NCBI RefSeq assembly: GCF_001564455.1
Contig: NZ_CP011391.1
Span: forward strand, 90,001 to 122,000
Length of the DNA: 32,000 bases
Direction of reading: 5' to 3'
DNA from: Faecalibaculum rodentium
Lineage (GTDB): Bacteria > Bacillota_I > Bacilli_A > Erysipelotrichales > Erysipelotrichaceae
A program made the translations under genes and the position numbers. Positions within the stretch are counted from its first letter, which is position 1. Every line of letters begins with the position of its first letter. Below are positions 15,908-23,546 of the stretch, piece after piece. The notes under the pieces are model-generated. The model was not told the DNA's origin. It saw only the letters and a list, made by a program, of their open reading frames with translations, and made no database searches.

Positions 15908-17248
15908 ATGCAGGTGCCTGAACAAGTGAAAGCAGTCATGGACCGTCTGTCTGCTGCCGGCCACGACTGTTATCTGGTGGGCGGATGTGTCCGGGACTGG
16001 CTGCTCGGACGCAGACCCCATGACTATGACCTGGCCACGGATGCCACTCCGCAGCAGGTCATGGACCTCTTTGAAAAAACCGCGCCCACGGGACTGCGGC
16101 ACGGGACGGTCATGGTCCTGCTCCCGGGCGGGCAGGTGGAAGTCACCACCTTTCGCAGGGAAGGCCGCTATTCCGACAGCCGCCATCCCGATGAAGTGCA
16201 GTTTGTCCAGACTGTGGAAGAAGACCTGGCCCGGCGGGACTTCACCATCAACGCCATGGCCTGGAATCCCGGCAGGGGCCTGGTGGATCCCTTCGGGGGA
16301 CGCCGAGACCTGGAACAGGGCCTGATCCGGGCGGTGGGAGATCCCGTACAGCGATTTGAGGAAGACGCCCTGCGGATGGTCCGCGCATTCCGGTTTGCGG
16401 CCCGCCTGGGGTTTACCATCGAGCCGGCAACACGGAACGCCGTGGATGTCTGCCAGGACAGGATCCGGTTTGTGGCCGTGGAACGGCTCGTGCCGGAATG
16501 GATGGAGATCCTGCGGACCGATCCGCTGCGCATCCAGGACATGACCGGACTGTTTGCGCCCTGGATCCCGGAACTGGAACAGGCGGCACAGACTCCGCAG
16601 CACTCGCCTTACCACTATGCCGGGGTGCTGCGGCACATTCTGGACTCCATCCGCTACCTGGATCCCTTTGACGAAACCGCCGCCCTGGCACTTCTGCTGC
16701 ACGACCTGGGAAAACCGGAAACGCGCACGACCTCTCCGGGGGGACGGGATCATTTCAAGGGACATCCCGTGGCCGGACAGGCCATTGCCAGGCGGGTGGT
16801 GGAGGCCCTGAAGCTGCCGGCCAGACAGAAAAAAGTCATCCCGGAGCTGGTGCTGCATCACGATGACATCCTGCCCAGAAACCTGGAGACCATTTACCGC
16901 CTGCGGGTGACGGAAGGCTGGAGCGATGAATGGGTGCAGCTGCTGTTCCGGGTGCAGTACTGCGACATCATGGCGCATTCGGAAAAAGGGAGACAGCGCC
17001 TGGAGCGGCTGGAAGCGAGCCGGGCGTTCTATGAGGAACAGATCCGGTTTCGCCCTTTGTCCCTGCAGGAACTGGCCATTGACGGTCATGACATCCTGAC
17101 CTATACCGGTCTGCGGAATCGGCAGGTGCGTCAGGCGCTGGAGACGGTGCTGGAGTATGCCTTTCACCATCCGGAGAAAAACAACCGCCTGGATCTGCTG
17201 ACCTTCGTGCTCCGGTCCATGCCGAGACTGGAAGGAGCCGGATCATGA
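15908..17248 (+). CDS. cca: CCA-adding enzyme (tRNA nucleotidyltransferase) with C-terminal HD domain (446 aa)
   Basis: The polymerase-beta nucleotidyltransferase head is GGCVRDWLLGRRPHDYDLAT, followed by RRDFTINAMA. HD residues are LLHDLGKP. AAAGGAGG precedes the ATG. Confidence 0.92.
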   Translation: MQVPEQVKAVMDRLSAAGHDCYLVGGCVRDWLLGRRPHDYDLATDATPQQVMDLFEKTAPTGLRHGTVMVLLPGGQVEVTTFRREGRYSDSRHPDEVQFVQTVEEDLARRDFTINAMAWNPGRGLVDPFGGRRDLEQGLIRAVGDPVQRFEEDALRMVRAFRFAARLGFTIEPATRNAVDVCQDRIRFVAVERLVPEWMEILRTDPLRIQDMTGLFAPWIPELEQAAQTPQHSPYHYAGVLRHILDSIRYLDPFDETAALALLLHDLGKPETRTTSPGGRDHFKGHPVAGQAIARRVVEALKLPARQKKVIPELVLHHDDILPRNLETIYRLRVTEGWSDEWVQLLFRVQYCDIMAHSEKGRQRLERLEASRAFYEEQIRFRPLSLQELAIDGHDILTYTGLRNRQVRQALETVLEYAFHHPEKNNRLDLLTFVLRSMPRLEGAGS

Positions 17249-18117
17249 CATGGGAGTGGATCCTGACGGGTATCATGGCAGCGGCGATTCTCTGGCTGCT
17301 GCTGGACCGCAGGCACGGTTTGAGTGCGGGACCGGGAATCACGGACAGCCAGTACGAGGCACTGCGGCAGGAACTGGCGCAGTTGAAGGAAAGCCAGTCG
17401 CTGTCCGGCCAGAGCCTGGACTGGATGCTGGAAACGGTTGACGGCATGAGCCGGATCATGAACCGGTCCAAATCCCGCGGCATGTGGGGAGAATACCAGA
17501 TGGAGCTGCTGCTGGAAAACTACGCCGGGACCCGGGGCCGGATCTGGGACCGCCAGGTGACACTGGCCAACGGGAAGATCGCCGATGCGGCGCTGCTGCT
17601 TCCGGGCAGCCGCCAGGTGCTCTGCGTGGATTCCAAGTTTCCCATGGACAATTTCCTGCGGATGGACGAAGATCCGCGGTATGAGAAACTATTTGCGCAG
17701 AACATGAAAAAGCACATCGATGACGTGGCGCAGAAATACATCACGGAACAGACAGCGCCGCTGGCGGTGCTGTTTGTCCCGGCCGAAGGGGTGTACCAGT
17801 ACATTCTGTCCGACTGCCCGGATCTCTTTGACTACAGCCTGCGGCATCATGTCATGATCACCGGGCCGGGGACCCTGACCGGTGTGCTGACGATACTGGG
17901 ACAGGCCCAGCGGGACTGGTACCGGGCAGAGCACAGGCCGGAAATCGAAGCGGGACTGGAGAAGCTGCAGGAAGAAGCCGCGAGACTGTCCGACCGCTGC
18001 GAAAAAGCGGAACGGACGTTCTCTGCACTCAGTGACCAGCTCCATCAGTCGGCGGTGACGAGCCGGAAAATGCGCAGAAAACTGGATGAGCTGCTGGAAG
18101 GGGGAGACTTGTCATGA
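17245..18117 (+). CDS. rmuC: RmuC-family DNA recombination/nuclease-fold protein, short form with N-terminal TM helix (290 aa)
   Basis: The start overlaps the cca stop (ATGA). RmuC blocks seen: GMWGEYQMELLLE, ADAALLLPGSRQVLCVDSKFP, HIDDVAQKYI, VLFVPAEGVY, and VMITGPGTL. Confidence 0.82.
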   Translation: MTWEWILTGIMAAAILWLLLDRRHGLSAGPGITDSQYEALRQELAQLKESQSLSGQSLDWMLETVDGMSRIMNRSKSRGMWGEYQMELLLENYAGTRGRIWDRQVTLANGKIADAALLLPGSRQVLCVDSKFPMDNFLRMDEDPRYEKLFAQNMKKHIDDVAQKYITEQTAPLAVLFVPAEGVYQYILSDCPDLFDYSLRHHVMITGPGTLTGVLTILGQAQRDWYRAEHRPEIEAGLEKLQEEAARLSDRCEKAERTFSALSDQLHQSAVTSRKMRRKLDELLEGGDLS

Positions 18118-18635
18118 TCACAGTGCTCAAAGGAGACCTGGTGGGCCTGGGTCTGGACCTGGTGGTCAATGAAGCCAATACAGAACTGCTGCCGGGGGCG
18201 GGGATCTGCCGCCGGATCTTTGAAGCCGCCGGCCCGGGCCTGGTCCGTGCCTGTCATGAAGCGGGGCGCCGGGAATTCGGGGATGTGGTGATCACCGGCG
18301 GATACAACCTGGACTGCGCCCGGATCGTCCACGCGGTGACCCCGCTGTACATGGACGGGTACCGGGGAGAGGATGAAGACCTGCGGGCCTGTTACTGGAA
18401 CAGCCTGTGCCGGGCCTACGATTATCTGCGGATGTCCGGAAAGGAACGGGTCACCATCGGCTTTCCGCTGCTGGGCAGCGGGGTGTTCGGCTTCGAGCTG
18501 CGCGAAGCCGCCTGGATCGCACGCAAAACCATCGACCGCCTCATGCGGCGGTATCCGGAAGCCAAAGCCATCGACATCGTGATGGTGGCGCAGAACGATG
18601 CGGAATATGCGGTCATGAAGGAGGCTTTCCGTTGA
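18114..18635 (+). CDS. Macro domain protein (ADP-ribose-binding/hydrolase type, 173 aa)
   Basis: The start overlaps the rmuC stop (ATGA). Macro-domain motifs: GDLVGLGLDLVVNEANTELLPGAGICRRIFEAAG, VITGGYNL, IVHAVTP, and GFPLLGSGVFG. Confidence 0.85.
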   Translation: MITVLKGDLVGLGLDLVVNEANTELLPGAGICRRIFEAAGPGLVRACHEAGRREFGDVVITGGYNLDCARIVHAVTPLYMDGYRGEDEDLRACYWNSLCRAYDYLRMSGKERVTIGFPLLGSGVFGFELREAAWIARKTIDRLMRRYPEAKAIDIVMVAQNDAEYAVMKEAFR

Positions 18636-19165
18636 GAAGCATGGTGGAGGTCTCTCATGACTTTCTCAAGCCGGTCCTGCACCGGGATGCGGTCATGATC
18701 GATGCGACCCTGGGGACAGGGAGAGACTCCGCGTTTTTCCTGAGAAAGGCCCGCCGGGTGATTGCCTTCGAGATCCAGCCGGAAACCGCGGCTCGGTGCC
18801 GTCAGGCCATGGAGGATCCCCGTCTGGAGATCCGTGTGGAAAACCATACCGGCATCCGCGAACTGGACCCGGCGCTGGAAGCCGATGGCGTGATTTTCAA
18901 CTTTGGCTGGGATCCGGCCGGAGACCATCAGACCGTGACTCAGCCACAGGACAGCCTGAGAGCGGTCCAGGCTGCGCTGGAGCGCCTGCGGGTCAAAGGC
19001 CGCATGTCTCTGGTGTTCTATCCCCATGCGGATGGGCGCCGGGAAGCGGACCTGATCCTGGACTGGCTGAAAACGCTGGATCACCGGCAGTATCCCTGCG
19101 AAAAAGTGGAACTGGTCAACAGCGGCCGCAGCCCGTTCTGCGTGCTGATTGAACGGCGGAAGTGA
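18632..19165 (+). CDS. mnmM: YtqB/MnmM-like class I SAM-dependent methyltransferase (tRNA mnm5s2U34 methyltransferase family, 177 aa)
   Basis: The TTG at 18632 has AAGGAGG 7 nt upstream and overlaps the macro stop. The ATG at 18641 is an alternative start. Blocks parallel to B. subtilis YtqB: DATLGTGRDS, AFEIQ, FNFGWDPAGDHQTVT, VFYPHADGRRE, and PFCVLIER. Confidence 0.82.
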   Translation: MRSMVEVSHDFLKPVLHRDAVMIDATLGTGRDSAFFLRKARRVIAFEIQPETAARCRQAMEDPRLEIRVENHTGIRELDPALEADGVIFNFGWDPAGDHQTVTQPQDSLRAVQAALERLRVKGRMSLVFYPHADGRREADLILDWLKTLDHRQYPCEKVELVNSGRSPFCVLIERRK

Positions 19166-19195
19166 CCGTCTGCAGAAACTGCAGGCGGTTTTTTT
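19166..19195 (+). terminator. Rho-independent terminator of the cca-rmuC-macro-mnmM operon
   Basis: CCGTCTGCAG-aaa-CTGCAGGCGG forms 10 bp with one G:U pair. It is followed by T7. Confidence 0.85.
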
Positions 19196-19206
19196 CCGTT
19201 CTCCCG

Positions 19207-19234
19207 TTTACTTTCGGCGACAAACTCGTATAAT
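19207..19234 (+). promoter_or_regulatory. Sigma-70-type promoter of the cupin-PGI/PMI operon
   Basis: TTTACT (19207-19212), a 16-nt spacer, then a perfect TATAAT (19229-19234). Confidence 0.6.
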
Positions 19235-19243
19235 CGAACGTGA

Positions 19244-19259
19244 AAATGATATATCATTT
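19244..19259. promoter_or_regulatory. Perfect 16-bp palindrome, candidate operator at the transcription start
   Basis: AAATGATATATCATTT is its own reverse complement. It starts 10 nt after the -10 hexamer. Confidence 0.55.
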
Positions 19260-19297
19260 AAAACTGCCGCCAGGTGGAGAAAGAAAGGTGAAGCAAT

Positions 19298-19828
19298 ATG
19301 AAAGTGATTCCCGCAGCGCTGAAACATACCGATCTGCTGATTGGTGAAGGAGTCGTGAAATCGGAGAAACGGCTGAAGGATACGTCCTTTTTTGCCGACA
19401 GCGCCGGTGTGGATCCGGACCTTGTGCTGTACGAAGTTTATGCAAGGACAGACCAGGCGAAGGAAGGCGAACTGAACTGGGGGCTGTCCCTGCTGCACCC
19501 CGTGACAGTGAACGGCGAATGCTGCATGACCCGCGGACACTGGCATGAAAACACCGATGCCGCGGAATACTACTGGTGTGTTGGAGGGACAGGTCTGCTG
19601 CTTCTGATGGATGAACAGGGCCATGCCTGGGCAGAGGAAATGGTACCCGGGTCTTTGCACCATATACCCGGGGTACTGGCCCACCGGCTGATCAACACCG
19701 GTGACGAAGACCTGAAAGTGGCCTGCTGCTGGCCGACCACCGCGGGTCATGACTATGCACGGGTGGAGGCCATGCCGTTTCCGCAAAGAGCATACAAGAC
19801 AGAAGAAGGAGAAATCGAATGGAAGTAA
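19298..19828 (+). CDS. Cupin-type (archaeal-type) glucose-6-phosphate isomerase family protein (176 aa)
   Basis: The alignment to Pyrococcus cPGI is clear by eye. VLYEVYARTDQAKEGELNW corresponds to VVYEVYAVEQEEKEGDLNF. The metal motif is TRGHWHENTDAAEYYW. HIPGVLAHRLINTG and AGHDY are also present. Confidence 0.88.
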   Translation: MKVIPAALKHTDLLIGEGVVKSEKRLKDTSFFADSAGVDPDLVLYEVYARTDQAKEGELNWGLSLLHPVTVNGECCMTRGHWHENTDAAEYYWCVGGTGLLLLMDEQGHAWAEEMVPGSLHHIPGVLAHRLINTGDEDLKVACCWPTTAGHDYARVEAMPFPQRAYKTEEGEIEWK

Positions 19829-21543
19829 AGTACGACAAGTTTCCCGCCATTCGGGTGAAGGGACATGAAAACGACTATGCGGCGGGGTGGCAGGCACTTG
19901 CAGACAGCGTGTCCAATGCGGCGAGTCCCGTGGTATTCGACCTGTATCCCGGGGCCAGCCAGGAAGCCGTCCAGGATCACATTGCCAATGGATTCGATGT
20001 GGTGATCGATGCCTGTGACATCTATAAAGACAAAGACATCCTGGAACAGATCCTGGCTCATCACGTGACGGAGGACCGGATTTTCGGCACCATGTTTTAT
20101 GGTGTGCTGCAGGACTTGATTGACGAAAAAAAGCTGGCAGAGGCAAAAGAAAAAGCCGCCCTGGCAGAGGCGGAAGGCAGGCGGGTGCTGGTGATTGGCC
20201 CCGGGGCATCGAAAATCATCGACGGCACGCTGTTTTACGGGGATATGGCGCGCTGGGAGGTGCAGCTGCGCTACCGCAGGGGCATGCCCAACTTCTTCTT
20301 CGACAACCCAAAGGAAGATCCCCTTCGGAAAATCAAGCGCGGATTCTTCATCGAATGGCGCGTGTTTGACAAACACAAAAAGGAAAGCTTCGAAAATGTG
20401 GACTGGTTCGTGGACCTGAACGAAGATACACCGAAACTCGCCACAGGCGATGCCGTCCGGGACGGACTGGCGCAGGCCGTCAAAGGTCCCTTCCGGACGA
20501 AGCCGTATTTCGACCCCGGTGTCTGGGGCGGCCAGTGGATGAAGGACGTCTGCGGACTGGACAAAAACGAGAAGAACTTTGCCTGGAGCTTTGACGGTGT
20601 GCCGGAAGAAAACGCGATCCTGCTGGATTTCGGCTCCGGAAAGATGGAACTGCCCGCCATGGACCTGGTCCTGACCCATCCGAAGGAACTTCTGGGTCCC
20701 CAGGTCTACAGCCGGTTCGGAGCGGAGTTCCCCATCCGCTTCGATTTCCTGGACACCATGGGCGGCCAGAACCTGTCCCTGCAGGTACACCCGCTGACAG
20801 AGTACATCCACCGCACCTTCGGCATGGCCTACACACAGGATGAATCCTATTACATCCTGGACGCAAAGGAAGGCGCCCATGTCTACCTGGGCCTGAAGGA
20901 AGGCGTGGATCCCGAAGAAATGATGGCGGCGCTGGAAGAGGCCAACGCTGGCGGCAGGCCTTTTGATGCGGAAAAATACGTCAACAAAATTCCCGCAAAG
21001 AAACACGACCACTTCCTGATCCCCGCCGGCACGATCCACTGCTCCGGCGCGGATTCCATGGTGCTGGAAGTCAGTGCGACGCCCTACTGCTTCACCTTCA
21101 AGCTCTGGGACTGGGGACGTCTTGGACTGGACGGACTGCCCCGTCCCGTCCATCTGGATCACGGCCGGAAGAACATCCAGTGGGACCGGCAGACGTCCTG
21201 GGTCATGGACAATCTCGTCAACAACATCTGGACCATCAGCGAGACGGAAACCGTGAAGGAAGAACACACCGGGCTGCATGAGCTGGAGTTCATAGAAACC
21301 CGGCGGTACTGGACGGACACAGAGGTGGAAATCGATCCGGAGAACAACGTCAATATGTGCAATCTGATCGAAGGCGACGAGGCGGTGATCGAAAGCCCGG
21401 AAGGGACATTCGAACCGTTCCCCATCCATTATGCGGAAACCTTTGTCATTCCCGCCGATGCAGGACGATACGTGATCCGCAACACCGGCAGCAGACCCAT
21501 TGGCGTGCTTCGCGCCTATGTGCGGACACCCAAAGCAGACTGA
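19819..21543 (+). CDS. Long-form class I mannose-6-phosphate isomerase family protein (574 aa)
   Basis: The start overlaps the upstream stop by 10 nt, with GAAGGAG upstream. PMI type I signatures: FPIRFDFLDT, NLSLQVHP, QDESYYILDA, and HDHFLIPAGTIHCSG. About 230 aa at the N-terminus have no family I can name. Confidence 0.8.
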   Translation: MEVKYDKFPAIRVKGHENDYAAGWQALADSVSNAASPVVFDLYPGASQEAVQDHIANGFDVVIDACDIYKDKDILEQILAHHVTEDRIFGTMFYGVLQDLIDEKKLAEAKEKAALAEAEGRRVLVIGPGASKIIDGTLFYGDMARWEVQLRYRRGMPNFFFDNPKEDPLRKIKRGFFIEWRVFDKHKKESFENVDWFVDLNEDTPKLATGDAVRDGLAQAVKGPFRTKPYFDPGVWGGQWMKDVCGLDKNEKNFAWSFDGVPEENAILLDFGSGKMELPAMDLVLTHPKELLGPQVYSRFGAEFPIRFDFLDTMGGQNLSLQVHPLTEYIHRTFGMAYTQDESYYILDAKEGAHVYLGLKEGVDPEEMMAALEEANAGGRPFDAEKYVNKIPAKKHDHFLIPAGTIHCSGADSMVLEVSATPYCFTFKLWDWGRLGLDGLPRPVHLDHGRKNIQWDRQTSWVMDNLVNNIWTISETETVKEEHTGLHELEFIETRRYWTDTEVEIDPENNVNMCNLIEGDEAVIESPEGTFEPFPIHYAETFVIPADAGRYVIRNTGSRPIGVLRAYVRTPKAD

Positions 21544-21571
21544 CGGCACATAGGACAAACAGCGCAAGGCT

Positions 21572-21610
21572 AAAAGGAGGCTCTTTTCTCACAGGAAAGG
21601 GCCTCCTTTT
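21572..21610. terminator. Bidirectional terminator between the PMI gene and rpiR
   Basis: AAAAGGAGGCTCTTT..GAAAGGGCCTCCTTTT forms a long, nearly perfect hairpin. It has an A-run on the 5' side and a T-run on the 3' side. Confidence 0.8.
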
Positions 21611-21658
21611 CATTGCGGCATTTTGTTTCGGGCAGCCGGCTGTCTGCGGTCAGTTCGC

Positions 21659-22552
21659 TTACCGGTTCTCCGTATCTTCCGGTTCCTCCTCCTGAAGCAG
21701 GGACGTCGTGGAATGCCGGCGCGCTTCCACCCGCCGGGAGATGCCCAGTTTCCGTTCCACATTGCGGTCATACTCGCTCTCGAACAGACACGCATACAGA
21801 ACATGGAGCAGGTAGAATACAGAGATTTCCGAGGAAAAGGATCCGATTTTGGAATACAGTTTTTCCCGTGTACACAGTTTCAGCGTTGCCTGCGAGCGCC
21901 TGGCCAGAGTGGTTTCCCCGACATTGGAGATTGAAATGAAGGGAACCTTCCGTTCATTGAGGATCCGGGCTGCCTCGACCAGCAAACCGGTTTCCCCGGA
22001 ATAGGAAAGGATGATGGCACAGTCTTCCGGTGTCATGAGCCAGGCGGCATACAGCGGCTGGTGCACCACGACCACCGTCCGCCCGATCCGCAGCATCTGT
22101 TCCCGGAACATGCCCGTCAGCTCGTGATTGGGATACGCTGTGAGAATGTAGATGATTTTTGCGTGCCGCAGCATCATGGTGGCTTTGTGCAGCTGCGCGG
22201 CATCCAGCATGGAGAGCGTATCCATGATGGATTCGCATTCCAGCACCGCCAGATTCTCGCTGATGGTGATATCCGTGTCGCCCTTGAAAAACGGGAAGTT
22301 CGCATCCACGCCCGAATGCTGATGAGAGAGATACTCTGTTTCCTCCAGAAAGCTTTCCTTCAGGGCGCTCCAGCCCTCAAACCCCAGCTTGTGAGCGACG
22401 CGGATCAGAGTGCTCGGGGCGCAATAAGCTGCAGCGGCGATCTCCTTCACCGTCATGTCCCGGATGTCTTCTTTCTGCTCCAGCATAAAATCCACTGCCG
22501 ACTGTTCACCGGGTGAAAATGATGTGGCCTGAATTTTGTCCAGCAACAGCAT
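21659..22552 (-). CDS. MurR/RpiR family transcriptional regulator (HTH_6 + SIS domains, 297 aa)
   Basis: The N-terminal HTH is MTVKEIAAAAYCAPSTLIRVAHKLGFEGWSALK. The SIS-domain core is IYILTAYPN...ILSYSGETG. GGAGGAGG precedes the ATG. Confidence 0.88.
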   Translation of the reverse strand: MLLLDKIQATSFSPGEQSAVDFMLEQKEDIRDMTVKEIAAAAYCAPSTLIRVAHKLGFEGWSALKESFLEETEYLSHQHSGVDANFPFFKGDTDITISENLAVLECESIMDTLSMLDAAQLHKATMMLRHAKIIYILTAYPNHELTGMFREQMLRIGRTVVVVHQPLYAAWLMTPEDCAIILSYSGETGLLVEAARILNERKVPFISISNVGETTLARRSQATLKLCTREKLYSKIGSFSSEISVFYLLHVLYACLFESEYDRNVERKLGISRRVEARRHSTTSLLQEEEPEDTENR

Positions 22553-22783
22553 GGTCCGTTCCTCCTCCCGCTTCCAGACGCCATCTCTGTAGAAGGATGC
22601 TCTTCCACAGATGGCCGTTATTCCGGCAATTTCCGGTCTTGACAGCTGACCGGAACGCTGTTTACAGGCAAAGCCGGCGGATGCGGCAAGGTTGCGAACG
22701 GCATTCCGGAATTCTCCGGTTTCATTTTCTTAAAAGATGGTCTCTTTTACAATACAAGACGCAAGGAGGACGCGACGAAGGAA

Positions 22784-23401
22784 ATGAGAAGACAGACCGC
22801 TGGATTTGACAGAGAACAAAGCCGGAGAAATGCAGGCTGCATCCACAAAGACCTGGCAGCCCTGCATCTGGAGAATGTCTGCATTTCCAGAAAACCCGGA
22901 CAGGAAGGCATGGACATCTGCACAGATCGGTACAAGGCCATGATCTCCTTTCATGACGACATCATCGAGCTGTATATCGAGGAACGTCTGACGGGTGCCC
23001 TGGTGTATTACCTGCACTTTGAGACGTACGATTATGAGGAATCCATGAACAACCTCCGGTCATTCTTCGATGTCCTCCTGGAGCGTAAGCCGGTTCCGGG
23101 AACAGAATGCACCGCAGCGGAAGGCATGCGGATCCTCATCTGCTGCACGAGCGGAATCACCTCTTCCATGTATGCACAGATCCTGCAGGAAAAGCTGGAG
23201 CCTGCAGGCGTGCAGGTGGATGCCCGCAGCTACATGATGCTGGAGCCTGCGGATGACCAGTATGACCTGATCCTTCTGGCCCCGCAGATCCGGTATGCGC
23301 TTCCTGACCTGCAGGCTCAGTATGGATCGGACAAAGTGCACATGATCAGCGCGATGGACTTCGCCACCGGCAGCTGGAGCGGGCTGCCCCTGGTTTCCTG
23401 A
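22784..23401 (+). CDS. PTS EIIB (lactose/cellobiose-type) domain protein with an uncharacterised ~110-aa N-terminal extension; start uncertain
   Basis: The C-terminal 90 aa are MRILICCTSGITSSMYAQ...DLILLAPQIRYALPDL, which is PTS_IIB with an active-site Cys. The upstream in-frame part has coding-like third positions. Candidate starts are 22784, 22910 and 23126, and none has an ideal SD spacing. Confidence 0.6.
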   Translation: MRRQTAGFDREQSRRNAGCIHKDLAALHLENVCISRKPGQEGMDICTDRYKAMISFHDDIIELYIEERLTGALVYYLHFETYDYEESMNNLRSFFDVLLERKPVPGTECTAAEGMRILICCTSGITSSMYAQILQEKLEPAGVQVDARSYMMLEPADDQYDLILLAPQIRYALPDLQAQYGSDKVHMISAMDFATGSWSGLPLVS

Positions 23402-23456
23402 CAGAGTTCCCGTGTCCTGTGCTCAGACAGTGAGGGAAAACGGGAGATCGAAACAC

Positions 23457-23482
23457 AAAAAGCGGAACAGGCCGCTTTTTTT
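23457..23482 (+). terminator. Rho-independent terminator after the EIIB gene
   Basis: AAAAAGCGG-aacagg-CCGCTTTTTTT. Confidence 0.6.
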
Positions 23483-23546
23483 CATTTTTCCCCGCACTTT
23501 CCGGTATCCTGAAACTATATGGATCTGAAAGGGGTTGCACACAAAC

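Noticed and set aside
14948-17170. A 740-aa minus-strand ORF. Similar long ORFs lie at 19753..21567(-), 26765..28765(+), 1192..1911(+), 2319..3614(+), 12049..12870(-), 14068..15096(-), 23346..24452(-), 29266..30213(-) and 30488..31357(-).
   Set aside because: All lie antisense or out of frame to genes with clear family signatures (cca/sseB, PMI, DUF885, recQ, CHAP hydrolase, tldD, pmbA, ArAE, pstB, pstA). Their translations are Arg/Pro/Gly/His-rich low-complexity strings. These are typical shadow ORFs of high-GC DNA.
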